From an uncultured Chitinophagales bacterium (GTDB lineage Bacteria > Bacteroidota > Bacteroidia > Chitinophagales > UBA8649): DNA of 64,000 nt. Position 1 is the first letter of the stretch; each line of letters opens with the position of its first letter. The stretch covers positions 10,925 through 74,924 of the forward strand of contig CAWVRT010000004.1 in NCBI GenBank assembly GCA_963932515.1, read 5' to 3'. The translations under genes were made by a program, and so were the position numbers. Under the pieces are notes generated by a model. It was not told the DNA's origin, did no database searches, and worked only from the letters and a program-made list of their open reading frames with translations. This document shows positions 39,784-49,670 of the stretch, piece by piece.

Positions 39784-40453
39784 GCGAATTGGATCTACAA
39801 AAATTTTAAGTAGCAGCTCTAAAGCGTTAATAAAAGGAAAGTTAATCGATATTGATGATAGAGCCTTTGTTTCAATTCAATTAATCAAAAATATTGATTT
39901 TGACAAGACAACTAAAATAGAAACGCCTGTATTTACTAGTTCCAATGGAGTAAAAGGTTTTATGACCTTAGTCAAAGAAAAAAAAATAGCTATTACAAAA
40001 ATAGCTTGCTATGCAATCGAAGGTAAAACATCTAAGACCGCTAAAGAATACGGTATACAAATAAAAAAAACTGCTTATTCTGCGACTAACTTAGCCAAAG
40101 AAATAAAAAAAAATAAAGAAACAAGTGTCATTCATTTTACTTCAAAATTTAGAAGAAAAGAACTTTATGAAGCATTAAAAAAAGAAAAAATAGCTATTGA
40201 ACCCGTATTAGTTTACAACAAAACAAATACCCCATCTGAAATACAAGATATAGATGCTATGCTCTTTTTTAGTCCTTCTCAAATAGATTCATTTTTTAGT
40301 AAAAATAATTTAAACATAAATAAACCAGTATTCTGTATAGGACCCAGTACTGCTAAGCACATAAAAGAAAAAGGATATAAAAATATTATTATAGCCAAAG
40401 TACCTTCAGAAAAAGAATTGATAGCTATATTAATTGAATATTACAATAAATAA
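39776..40453 (+). CDS. hemD: uroporphyrinogen-III synthase
   Basis: 225 aa. The family is weakly conserved, so the call rests on size, position between hemC and hemE, and an 8-nt overlap with hemC. Confidence 0.7.
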   Translation: MTKRIGSTKILSSSSKALIKGKLIDIDDRAFVSIQLIKNIDFDKTTKIETPVFTSSNGVKGFMTLVKEKKIAITKIACYAIEGKTSKTAKEYGIQIKKTAYSATNLAKEIKKNKETSVIHFTSKFRRKELYEALKKEKIAIEPVLVYNKTNTPSEIQDIDAMLFFSPSQIDSFFSKNNLNINKPVFCIGPSTAKHIKEKGYKNIIIAKVPSEKELIAILIEYYNK

Positions 40454-40456
40454 ACC

Positions 40457-41485
40457 ATGAAAAAAGAGCATTTATTTTTAAGAGCTTTAAAAGGCGAAAA
40501 TGTAGAGAGAACACCAGTCTGGATGATGAGACAAGCAGGAAGATACTTACCAGAGTATATAAAAATTCGTGAAAAATATGATTTTTTTACAAGAGTAGAA
40601 ACGCCTGAACTAGCAGCAGAAATAACAATACAACCTATAGATATTGTAGGTGTTGATGCAGCTATTTTATTTTCAGACATATTGGTTATTCCAAAAGCAA
40701 TGGGTATGGAAGTACAGCTTTTAGAAAATATAGGACCCGTTTTACCTAGTCCTATTTTAACAGAAAAAGACATCGATAAACTTATTGATATAGACGATGC
40801 TTTAAATAATTTAACCCATGTGTTTGATGCAATTAAACTAACTAAAAGAGAATTGAAAGACAGAGTTCCTCTTATAGGTTTTGCTGGTGCACCTTTTACC
40901 CTTCTTTGCTATATGATTCAAGGAAAAGGAAGTAAAACATTTGACAAAGCAAAACAATTTTGTTTTTCACAACCAATACTAGCAGATAAATTACTTCAAA
41001 AAATTACAGATTTAACTATCCATTATTTAAAAACCCAAGTAACAAGTGGCGTAGATGCTATTCAAATTTTTGATAGCTGGAGTGGTCTATTATCACCACA
41101 AGATTTTAAAATATTTTCACAACCATACCTAACCCAAATCGCAGATGCTTTATATGGAGATAGTCCTGTTATCTTATTTCCAAAAGGAAGTTGGTATGCA
41201 CTAGAAGGTCTTTCTAAAACAAAAATAAATGCATTAGGAATAGATTGGAGTCTTTCACCAAAATTGGCAAGAAAATTAACTGGAAAGAAGATGGTTTTAC
41301 AAGGAAATTTTGACCCGTGTAAACTATTAATGCCTATACCAGCCATAGAAAAACAAGTGCACGAGATGTTAGAGGCTTTTGGACCACAAAACTATATAGC
41401 TAATTTAGGCCATGGAATACTACCAAACATTCCTGTTGAAAATGCTAAGGCTTTTGTTGATGCAGTTAAAAACTATAAGAGATAA
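40457..41485 (+). CDS. hemE: uroporphyrinogen decarboxylase
   Basis: 342 aa with [23 protein letters not shown] and IQIFDSW. Confidence 0.95.
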   Translation: MKKEHLFLRALKGENVERTPVWMMRQAGRYLPEYIKIREKYDFFTRVETPELAAEITIQPIDIVGVDAAILFSDILVIPKAMGMEVQLLENIGPVLPSPILTEKDIDKLIDIDDALNNLTHVFDAIKLTKRELKDRVPLIGFAGAPFTLLCYMIQGKGSKTFDKAKQFCFSQPILADKLLQKITDLTIHYLKTQVTSGVDAIQIFDSWSGLLSPQDFKIFSQPYLTQIADALYGDSPVILFPKGSWYALEGLSKTKINALGIDWSLSPKLARKLTGKKMVLQGNFDPCKLLMPIPAIEKQVHEMLEAFGPQNYIANLGHGILPNIPVENAKAFVDAVKNYKR

Positions 41486-42402
41486 TGATTAGTTACAAAA
41501 AAGAGTTTATCGAATTTATTCATAATTTACAAGATGAAATTTGTGAAAGCATAGAAAACGAAGAAGAAAAAGAAAAATTTAAAGAAGATATTTGGGAAAG
41601 ACCAGAAGGTGGTGGTGGTAAAACCCGAATAATAGAAAATGGCGCACTAATAGAAAAAGGAGGCGTAAATACCTCCATAGTTTTTGGTACACTTCCAGAA
41701 ATAATGCAAAAACAATTCAAAGTAAAAGAAGGGGATTTTTTTGCCTGTGGTATTTCTTTAGTTTTACACCCAAACAATCCTTTTATTCCAACGGTACATG
41801 CCAATTATAGGTATTTTGAACTATATGACAACGATCACAAGCTGGTAGATATGTGGTTTGCAGGTGGTTCTGATTTAACACCTTATTATTATTATGAAGA
41901 AGATGCCATACATTTTCATCAAATAAACAAAAATACTTGCGATAAATTTGACGCGAAATTTTATCTAAAATATAAAAAATCTTGTGATAATTATTTTTAC
42001 AATCAACATAGAGATGAGGCTAGAGGTATTGGTGGTTTATTTATTGATTATTTGCGCCCTACAAGTACACATTCAGAAAAATTTTGGTTCGATTTTATTA
42101 AAAGTGTTGGCAATGGGTTTTTAGCTTCTTACTTACCTATTGTTAAAAAAAGAAGAGAAAATAAATACACAAGAGAAAATAAAGATTGGCAAGAAATACG
42201 TAGAGGTAGATATGTAGAATTTAATTTAATACACGATAAAGGAACACTCTTTGGTTTAAAAACCAATGGCCGAATAGAATCTATACTTATGAGTTTACCA
42301 CCAAGAGTACAATGGGTTTACAATTTTAAACCTGTAAAAGATAGTGCAGAAAGTAAAACACTTGATATTTTAAAAACACCCAAAGATTATAAACTAAATT
42401 AA
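41485..42402 (+). CDS. hemF: oxygen-dependent coproporphyrinogen III oxidase
   Basis: 305 aa with GGGGKTRI, HPNNPFIPTVHANYRYFE, RGIGGLFIDY and RGRYVEFNL. Its start shares one base with the hemE stop. Confidence 0.9.
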   Translation: MISYKKEFIEFIHNLQDEICESIENEEEKEKFKEDIWERPEGGGGKTRIIENGALIEKGGVNTSIVFGTLPEIMQKQFKVKEGDFFACGISLVLHPNNPFIPTVHANYRYFELYDNDHKLVDMWFAGGSDLTPYYYYEEDAIHFHQINKNTCDKFDAKFYLKYKKSCDNYFYNQHRDEARGIGGLFIDYLRPTSTHSEKFWFDFIKSVGNGFLASYLPIVKKRRENKYTRENKDWQEIRRGRYVEFNLIHDKGTLFGLKTNGRIESILMSLPPRVQWVYNFKPVKDSAESKTLDILKTPKDYKLN

Positions 42403-42403
42403 G

Positions 42404-43378
42404 ATGAAAATAAGACCAAGAATTTTAAGGAAATCTTCTACAATAAGAGCTTTGGTGCAAGAAACAAATATTAGTTGTTCAGATTTTATAGCTCCTTTAT
42501 TTATAGTAGAAGGAAAAGAAATAACAGATGAAATTAACTCTTTACCTGGCTACTATAGGAGAAGTCTAGATCATACTCTTTTAGAGATTCAAGAACTTAA
42601 AAATTTGGGAATAAAAGCTTTTATCTTATTTGTGAAATGCGAAAATCATTTAAAAGATAATACAGGAAAAGAGGCTATAAATGAAAATGGGTTAATGCAA
42701 AGAAGTATTAGAACGATAAAAAAAAACCATCCAGAAATTGTGTTATTTTCAGACGTAGCGTTAGATCCCTATTCAAGTTTTGGGCATGATGGGATTGTTG
42801 AAAATAAAGAAATATTAAACGATGAAAGTATTGATATTTTAGCAGAAATGGCTTTAAGCCATGCCAAGGCAGGCGTAGATTTTGTAGCACCTAGCGACAT
42901 GATGGATGGCAGGATAAAATCTATCAGGGAAAAATTAGAAAAAAACAAATTTCACAATGTAGGTATTCTTAGCTATAGTGTTAAATATGCTTCTTGTTTT
43001 TATGGACCTTTTAGAGATGCTTTAGGTTCTGCACCGGGTTTTGGTGATAAAAAACCCTACCAAATGAACCCTGCCAATAGAAAAGAAGCTATCAGAGAAA
43101 CAAAATTAGATATTAAAGAAGGCGCCGATATAATAATGGTAAAACCTGCAATGGCATATTTAGATATTATAAGAGATGTAACTAATTATACCGATTTGCC
43201 AGTTTGCGCTTATCAAGTAAGTGGAGAGTATGCCATGATAAAAGCAGCAGCCAAGAATGGTTGGTTAAATGAAGAAGACGCAATGATAGAATCCCTAATT
43301 TCAATTAAAAGAGCTGGAGCCAGCTTAATAGTTAGTTACTTTGTAAAAGAAATAGCTTTAATGCTAAACAATAAATAA
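42404..43378 (+). CDS. hemB: porphobilinogen synthase (ALA dehydratase), Asp-rich (non-zinc) metal site type
   Basis: 324 aa. DVALDPYSSFGHDG occupies the place of the Cys-rich zinc site. The active-site Lys regions VAPSDMMDGR and IMVKPA are present. Confidence 0.93.
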   Translation: MKIRPRILRKSSTIRALVQETNISCSDFIAPLFIVEGKEITDEINSLPGYYRRSLDHTLLEIQELKNLGIKAFILFVKCENHLKDNTGKEAINENGLMQRSIRTIKKNHPEIVLFSDVALDPYSSFGHDGIVENKEILNDESIDILAEMALSHAKAGVDFVAPSDMMDGRIKSIREKLEKNKFHNVGILSYSVKYASCFYGPFRDALGSAPGFGDKKPYQMNPANRKEAIRETKLDIKEGADIIMVKPAMAYLDIIRDVTNYTDLPVCAYQVSGEYAMIKAAAKNGWLNEEDAMIESLISIKRAGASLIVSYFVKEIALMLNNK

Positions 43379-43385
43379 AAAACAA

Positions 43386-44666
43386 GTGAAAAATATAACT
43401 AAAAGTACAAATCTGTTTAGTAGAGCGTCAAAATATATTCCTGGAGGTGTAAATTCTCCTGTACGTTCTTTTGGGAGTGTAGGAGGAAACCCTATTTTTA
43501 TAGAAAAAGCAAAAGGTGCTTATTTACATGATGAAGATGGAAATGCCTATATAGATCTAATTAATTCTTGGGGACCAATGATATTGGGACATAATCGAAC
43601 CGAAGTCGTAGAAGCTATTAAAGACAGAACTGACCAAGCGATATCTTTTGGGACACCTACTCGTTATGAAGTGGAAATGGCCGAATTGATATGTGAAATA
43701 GCCAATATAGACATGATAAGATTGGTCTGTAGCGGCACTGAGGCCTGTATGAGTGCTATTAGACTGGCACGTGCCTATACGGGTAAAAATAAATTTATAA
43801 AATTTGACGGCTGTTACCATGGTCATTCAGATGCGTTTTTAGTAAGTGCAGGTAGTGGTGTAGCATCTTTAAATATAAAAAATGTTTCTGGTATAACTGC
43901 AGGTGCCATACAAGATACAATAGTTGCTCCATATAATAATTTAGAAGCATTAGAAACCATCTTAGAAAAACAAGCCAACGAAATAGCTGCTATTATAATA
44001 GAACCTGTAGCAGGAAACATGGGTTGTGTTTTACCTAAAGAAGGTTACTTAGAAGCTATAAAAGTATTATGTACTAAATACAACTGTTTACTTATTTTTG
44101 ATGAAGTAATGACGGGTTTTAGATTAACTATTGGTGGAGTACAACAATTAAAAAATGTACAGCCAGATTTAGTTACTTATGGAAAAGTAATCGGTGGCGG
44201 ATTACCTATTGGCGCTTTTGGTGGAAAAAAAGAAATAATGAAACAAATTGCACCTTCTGGATCGGTATACCAGGCAGGTACATTGAGTGGAAACCCTATC
44301 GCTATAAGCGCAGGCTATGCCAATCTAAAGATATTAAAAGATACGCCTGAGATATATGCCAACTTAGAAGAAAAAGCAATTTATCTAAAAGAAAATTTAA
44401 CAGAAGTCTTCAATAAAAATGACATAAAACATTGCATAAACCAAATTGGTAGTATGATGAGTGTTCATTTCGGAGTAGATGAAGTCTATGATTTTGATTC
44501 ATCAAAAAAATCTGATATAAATACATTCAATAAATATTTTCATCACCTTTTAGAAAATGGAATTCACTTACCACCATCCTCCTTTGAGTCTTGGTTTATT
44601 AGCGATGCTATTTCTTTAAAAGAATTAGATATTATTGTAAATGTTTCAGCATCATTTAAACTATAA
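43386..44666 (+). CDS. hemL: glutamate-1-semialdehyde 2,1-aminomutase
   Basis: 426 aa with a GTG start. Contains IPGGVNSPVRSF, FDEVMTGFR and a PLP-Lys block (YGKVIGGGLPIGAFGG). Confidence 0.95.
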   Translation: MKNITKSTNLFSRASKYIPGGVNSPVRSFGSVGGNPIFIEKAKGAYLHDEDGNAYIDLINSWGPMILGHNRTEVVEAIKDRTDQAISFGTPTRYEVEMAELICEIANIDMIRLVCSGTEACMSAIRLARAYTGKNKFIKFDGCYHGHSDAFLVSAGSGVASLNIKNVSGITAGAIQDTIVAPYNNLEALETILEKQANEIAAIIIEPVAGNMGCVLPKEGYLEAIKVLCTKYNCLLIFDEVMTGFRLTIGGVQQLKNVQPDLVTYGKVIGGGLPIGAFGGKKEIMKQIAPSGSVYQAGTLSGNPIAISAGYANLKILKDTPEIYANLEEKAIYLKENLTEVFNKNDIKHCINQIGSMMSVHFGVDEVYDFDSSKKSDINTFNKYFHHLLENGIHLPPSSFESWFISDAISLKELDIIVNVSASFKL

Positions 44667-44669
44667 GTA

Positions 44670-45686
44670 ATGGCTAAAAAGATATTATTGTTAATGAATT
44701 TAGGTTCTCCTGAATCTACAAGCATAAAAGATATAAAAACTTACTTAAATGAGTTTTTAATGGATAAACGAGTTATTGATCTTCCCTATTTGTTACGCCT
44801 GTTTCTGGTAAAAGGAATTATTACTAGGTTTCGTGTAGTAAAAACAGCAGCAAAATATAAAACCATTTGGACTGAAAATGGCTCTCCATTAATACAAATC
44901 ACTAAAGAACTGGTAGAAAAAATAGAAACAAATAGTGGTGTTACTAGCTATATGTGCATGCGCTATGGTTCGCCTTCTCCTGAGATTATATTAAAAAAAA
45001 TAATTAAAGAAAATACAGACTTGGAAGAAGTAATTTTTCTTCCATTATATCCTCATTATGCATTAAGTAGTTATGAAACTGCGGTAGAATTTATAAAAGA
45101 AAGCTTCAAAAAAAATAAGTATTCCTTTAACTTAAATATAATAACCCCTTTTTATGACCACCAAGCATATATTCATGCCTTGGCTTCTACTATTAAGCCC
45201 TATACAGAAAAGGACTATGACTATATTTTATTTAGTTATCATGGTATTCCAGAAAGGCAGGTAAGAAAAACAGACCCAACAAAAAAGCATTGCTTAAATT
45301 CAGCAAATTGTTGCGACATAAAATCAGATGCACATAACTATTGTTATAAACATCAGGTTACTGAAACTACAAAACTCGTTGCAACACATTTAAAGATACC
45401 AAGAGGTAAATATTCCATTGCTTATCAATCAAGACTAGGCTTAGACAAATGGTTAACACCAAATTCTATAGATTTGTTTACCCAATTACCGAAGCAAGGT
45501 GTAAAAAACCTTTTAGTCGTTTGCCCTGCATTTGTAAGTGATTGCTTAGAAACTTTAGAAGAAATCCAAGAAGAAGGAAAAGAATTATTTTTAAACGCTG
45601 GAGGCGAAAAATTCACTTTAATTCCTTGCTTAAACACAAACAATTTATGGATAGAAGCCATAAAAGAAATAGCTTTAAAAAATTAA
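44670..45686 (+). CDS. hemH: ferrochelatase
   Basis: 338 aa with LLMNLGSPES, PLYPHY, SYHGIPE and the C-terminal PAFVSDCLETLEEI. Confidence 0.9.
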   Translation: MAKKILLLMNLGSPESTSIKDIKTYLNEFLMDKRVIDLPYLLRLFLVKGIITRFRVVKTAAKYKTIWTENGSPLIQITKELVEKIETNSGVTSYMCMRYGSPSPEIILKKIIKENTDLEEVIFLPLYPHYALSSYETAVEFIKESFKKNKYSFNLNIITPFYDHQAYIHALASTIKPYTEKDYDYILFSYHGIPERQVRKTDPTKKHCLNSANCCDIKSDAHNYCYKHQVTETTKLVATHLKIPRGKYSIAYQSRLGLDKWLTPNSIDLFTQLPKQGVKNLLVVCPAFVSDCLETLEEIQEEGKELFLNAGGEKFTLIPCLNTNNLWIEAIKEIALKN

Positions 45687-45689
45687 CCT

Positions 45690-46217
45690 ATGTTATTATA
45701 TATCAAAGCATTACATATTATTTTTATAGTAACTTGGTTTAGTGCTATTTTTTATTTAGTTCGTTTATTTGTTTACAATAGAGAAGCACAAGATAAACAG
45801 GTCCTTGAAAAGCAAATTCTTAGCAAGCAGTTCAATATAATGATTCAACGTTTACTGTTTGGCATTGCTTGGCCTTCTGCTATTTTAACGCTTATATTAG
45901 GAATCACCTTATTATATCTTTATAACTCTTTTCCTGTTTGGCTTTTTATTAAAATGGGCTTTGTTTTTATTTTATTTATGTATCAACTCAGCTTACATAA
46001 AATTTACACCAATCAAAAAAAAAGTTTATTTAAATACAGCAGCACACAACTAAGACTTTGGAATGAAGTCCCTACCATCTTATTGTTTGCTATTATATTT
46101 TTAGTAGTCGTAAAACAAGGTATTAGTTTAGTCTATGGGTTTTTAGGGCTTATAACCTTAGCCTCTTTCATAATGGCAGGCATCAAAATTTATAAAAACT
46201 TTAGAAAAAGAGATTAA
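45690..46217 (+). CDS. hemJ: HemJ-type protoporphyrinogen IX oxidase (UPF0093 family)
   Basis: 175 aa with 4-5 TM helices. The N-terminal LYIKALHIIFIVTWFSAIFYLVRLFVY matches the HemJ family, including the conserved His. It is the last gene of the haem cluster. Confidence 0.7.
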   Translation: MLLYIKALHIIFIVTWFSAIFYLVRLFVYNREAQDKQVLEKQILSKQFNIMIQRLLFGIAWPSAILTLILGITLLYLYNSFPVWLFIKMGFVFILFMYQLSLHKIYTNQKKSLFKYSSTQLRLWNEVPTILLFAIIFLVVVKQGISLVYGFLGLITLASFIMAGIKIYKNFRKRD

Positions 46218-46268
46218 TAAACTATTTTATTGGCTTTTTTAATAATTCAATTTACATTCGCTAAAAGA

Positions 46269-47885
46269 TTATAATTCTAATCTTCTTTCTGCTATTGTTT
46301 CGTCATTCAAATACTCATCATAAGTTGTGTATTGTCTGTCTATCATTCCTTTTGGACTAAATTCTATTATTCTATTTACAATAGATTGTAAAAACTGATG
46401 ATCTTGTGTAGATAAAATAACGTTTGCTTTCGTAGAAACTACGCCATTATTAAATGCTTGGATAGATTCCAAATCTAAATGGGCAGTAGGTTCGTTCAAT
46501 AAAACAACATTTGCATTTTGCAACATCATTCTAGAAACCATACATCTTACTTTTTCTCCTCCAGAAAGTACTTTTACAGATTTTAAAGTTTCTTCTCCCG
46601 TAAATAACATTTTCCCTAAGAATCCCCTTACATAAGCCTCTTCTTTGTTCTCGCTATATTGTCTTAACCAATCGATTAAGCTATCATCATTTCCATCAAA
46701 AAACTGATGATTGTCGTGAGGTAAATAAGATTTAGAAGCTGTAGTTCCCCATTCTACTGCTCCGGTAGTTTGTGTTAAAGTTCCATCAATTATTTCAAAA
46801 AAAGCATCCATAGCTCTACTGTTTTTAGTCAGCATACCTACTTTTTCTCCTTTATCTAACATAAAAGACATATCTGCAAATAAGACTTCACCATCTGGCG
46901 TAGTATAAGACAAATCTGTAACTTGTAATACTTGATTTCCTAACTCTCTTTCTGTCAACATAAAAATAGCTGGATATTTTCTCATTGAAGGTTTCATTTC
47001 TTCAATATTAATTCTATCTAAGGCTTTCTTTCTACTGGTTGCTTGCTTAGATTTAGATGCATTGGCACTAAAACGAGCAATAAAATCTTTCAATTCTTTT
47101 ACTTTCTCTTCTGCTTTCTTGTTTTTGTTAGAACGTTGAGATAATAACAACTGACTACTTTCATACCAGAAAGAATAGTTTCCTGTAAACAAGCTAATCT
47201 TACTGTAATCGATATCTACAACTTGCGTACAAACTGCATCTAAAAAGTGTCTATCGTGAGAAACAACGATTACTGTATTTTTATAATCTGCTAAGAAATC
47301 TTCTAACCAGGCAATAGTAGCTACATCCAAGTGATTGGTAGGCTCATCTAATAATAATAAATCTGGGTTACCAAAAATTGCTTGTGCTAATAATACTCTT
47401 ACCTTTTCGTTTTCTGGTAAGGCGCCCATCATTACACTTTCTTTTTCTTTATGAACACCTAAGTTACTCAATAAAATAGAAGCGTCAGATTCAGCATTCC
47501 AACCGTCCATATCCGCAAATTCTGCTTCTAACTCTCCGGCTTTCAAACCATCTTCTTCTGTAAAAGGATCTTTTGCATAGATCTCATCTTTTGCTTTCAT
47601 TATTTCAAACAATTGCCCATGCCCCATCATTACTGTTTCTAAAACAGTATGCTCGTCAAAAGCATTATGATTCTGACTTAAAACAGACATTCTTGCTCCT
47701 TTTTCTATTTCTACAGAACCAGAAGTAGGTACTTGTTCGCCCGAAAGAATTTTAATAAAAGTAGACTTACCAGCACCGTTAGCACCAATTACACCATAGC
47801 AATTTCCTTTAGTAAACTTCATATTTACTTCATCAAAAAGCACTCTTTTACCAAATTGTAATGAAAGATTATTTACTGATAGCAT
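46269..47885 (-). CDS. ABC-F family ATPase (no membrane domain)
   Basis: 538 aa with two ABC domains. NBD1 has GANGAGKST and LLLLDEPTNHLD. NBD2 has the LSGGEKVR signature, but the P-loop position reads GMLTKNSR and Walker B reads VVLLNEPTAHLD. Confidence 0.85.
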   Translation of the reverse strand: MLSVNNLSLQFGKRVLFDEVNMKFTKGNCYGVIGANGAGKSTFIKILSGEQVPTSGSVEIEKGARMSVLSQNHNAFDEHTVLETVMMGHGQLFEIMKAKDEIYAKDPFTEEDGLKAGELEAEFADMDGWNAESDASILLSNLGVHKEKESVMMGALPENEKVRVLLAQAIFGNPDLLLLDEPTNHLDVATIAWLEDFLADYKNTVIVVSHDRHFLDAVCTQVVDIDYSKISLFTGNYSFWYESSQLLLSQRSNKNKKAEEKVKELKDFIARFSANASKSKQATSRKKALDRINIEEMKPSMRKYPAIFMLTERELGNQVLQVTDLSYTTPDGEVLFADMSFMLDKGEKVGMLTKNSRAMDAFFEIIDGTLTQTTGAVEWGTTASKSYLPHDNHQFFDGNDDSLIDWLRQYSENKEEAYVRGFLGKMLFTGEETLKSVKVLSGGEKVRCMVSRMMLQNANVVLLNEPTAHLDLESIQAFNNGVVSTKANVILSTQDHQFLQSIVNRIIEFSPKGMIDRQYTTYDEYLNDETIAERRLEL

Positions 47886-47907
47886 ATTATTGACATTTTA
47901 TGAGGCG

Positions 47908-47915
47908 CAAAGGTA
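47908..47915 (-). promoter_or_regulatory. candidate -7 promoter box for the ABC-F gene
   Basis: The minus strand reads TACCTTTG, 22 nt upstream of ATG 47885. Confidence 0.4.
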
Positions 47916-48020
47916 GGGATTTATTTCTAGAAAGCCATAGAAGCTAGATGGCATAAATAATATTAAATGATGTGATTACTTAGTAGGGTTTATTAAAATT
48001 TAGTAAACTTGGTTTAGTAG

Positions 48021-48504
48021 ACACTCTCAAATAAATTACTCTATGAAATAGAGAATGCTGGTCATAAGGTAGCCAACAACCTAAGAGGCGGACAAGGGTC
48101 TATTGGCAAAATAACCTTGCCTTGGCTAAAACATCATATAATTGGTGATAGTTGTTATTGTACTTTATTTCTAGACACCCCTTTTAGCTTCTAAATTTAT
48201 GACAAATGTTGTTTGTCCAAAAACCATTGTACCTATTATTCCAATGACAAGTATAAGCACTGAAAGTATTTTTCTCAATCAGATATACCCTACCCCCTGT
48301 AGAGGAAGTATTAATATATCAGTTAAAAACATCGAAAAACAAACTAGCTATGAGATTTTATCTTTAGCTGGCGCGAAGATAGCTAGTGGTAATATATCAA
48401 ATAAAATTACCCCAATTAATATTGAAAACTTATCTTCTGGAATATATATAATGAACTTAATAAAAACACAAAGTTCAGAAAAAATAAAATTCATTGTGAT
48501 GTAA
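48021..48504 (+). pseudogene. remnant of a T9SS-secreted cutinase / dienelactone-hydrolase (PETase-like) esterase gene
   Basis: Frame A (48021-48191) reads TLSNKLLYEIENAGHKVANNLRGGQGSIGKITLPWLKHHIIGDSCYCTLFLDTPFSF then a stop. This resembles the C-terminal catalytic-His region of cutinase/PETase-type alpha/beta hydrolases. Frame B (48199-48504, track ORF) has no signal peptide and is essentially only a T9SS sorting domain (IYPTPCRGSINISV...SGIYIMNLI). Everything upstream is stop-riddled. Confidence 0.5.
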
Positions 48505-48627
48505 GCAAAAAAGAAACTGAAAAATATTCAGGAAAAAGTATTAATAAAAGGCTGGTAAAAATATTGGAATAATATATTGTTCTCTTAAAATAAATAAACA
48601 GTACTTTCGCTTTCTTAAAACAAAACA

Positions 48628-49656
48628 ATGAAAACAAGACTTAAATTATTGGATAGATATTTAACCTTATGGATATTTCTAGCCATGGGAATAGGTGTTA
48701 GTTTAGGCTACTTGTTTCCTGGTATTAAAGATGTTAGCGAATCTCTTTCTGTAGGCTCTACTAATATTCCATTAGCTATTGGTTTAATTTTAATGATGTA
48801 TCCTCCACTTGCAAAGGTAGATTATAGCTTGATTCCTTCTATCTTTAAAGACACAAAAGTAATGACTTTATCGTTAGTGTTGAATTGGATAGTTGGTCCA
48901 ATCTTAATGTTTGTACTCGCCATTATTTTTCTAAGAGATGAACCAGGTTACATGTCTGGCGTTATTCTAATTGGACTCGCACGTTGTATTGCCATGGTTA
49001 TTGTATGGAATGATTTAGGTGGAGGAAGTAGAGAATATGGAGCTACACTGATTGCTTTAAATAGTGTTTTTCAAGTAATTACTTATAGTTTTTATGCTTG
49101 GTTATTTATTAGTGTTTTACCTAAGTATTTTGGTATTAGAAGTTTCGATATAGAAATTTCCATGATAGAAGTTGCCAAAAGTGTCATGATTTATTTAGGC
49201 TTACCCTTTTTAATGGGTTATTTGAGTAGGAAAATTTTGGTGAAAAAGAAAGGAATCGACTGGTACAATCACAAATTCATTCCAAAAATTTCTCCTATCA
49301 CCTTAATTGCATTATTAGCGACTATTGTATTGATGTTTAGCTTAAAAGGAGATTTAATTGTTGAAATACCTTTTGATGTGTTAAAAATTGCCGTTCCTTT
49401 AATCATCTATTTTATCATCATGTTTTTTACAAGTTTTTTTATTGGAAAAGCTATGAATATAGACTATAAGAAGAATGCATCTATTGCTTTTACCGCTACT
49501 GGAAACAATTTTGAATTAGCAATTGCCGTTTCTATTGCTATTTTTGGTATTAATTCTCAGCAAGCATTTACAGGCGTAATTGGCCCATTGGTTGAAGTTC
49601 CGGTTTTAATCTTATTAGTTAATGTATCACTTTGGTTAAAGAAGAAATTTTATTAA
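48628..49656 (+). CDS. acr3: ACR3-family arsenite efflux transporter
   Basis: 342 aa with 10 TM helices. Contains [26 protein letters not shown] and [14 protein letters not shown] (conserved Cys). Confidence 0.9.
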   Translation: MKTRLKLLDRYLTLWIFLAMGIGVSLGYLFPGIKDVSESLSVGSTNIPLAIGLILMMYPPLAKVDYSLIPSIFKDTKVMTLSLVLNWIVGPILMFVLAIIFLRDEPGYMSGVILIGLARCIAMVIVWNDLGGGSREYGATLIALNSVFQVITYSFYAWLFISVLPKYFGIRSFDIEISMIEVAKSVMIYLGLPFLMGYLSRKILVKKKGIDWYNHKFIPKISPITLIALLATIVLMFSLKGDLIVEIPFDVLKIAVPLIIYFIIMFFTSFFIGKAMNIDYKKNASIAFTATGNNFELAIAVSIAIFGINSQQAFTGVIGPLVEVPVLILLVNVSLWLKKKFY

Positions 49657-49670
49657 TAGAAAATTATACA

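Noticed and set aside
39290-41804. Minus-strand ORFs 39290-39517, 39333-39662, 40441-40773, 41062-41346 and 41520-41804 within the hem cluster. The same applies to 42708-42890, 43557-43826, 43823-44020 and 45425-45661.
   Set aside because: All are antisense to well-supported hem genes, have no motifs, and show compositions typical of shadow frames.
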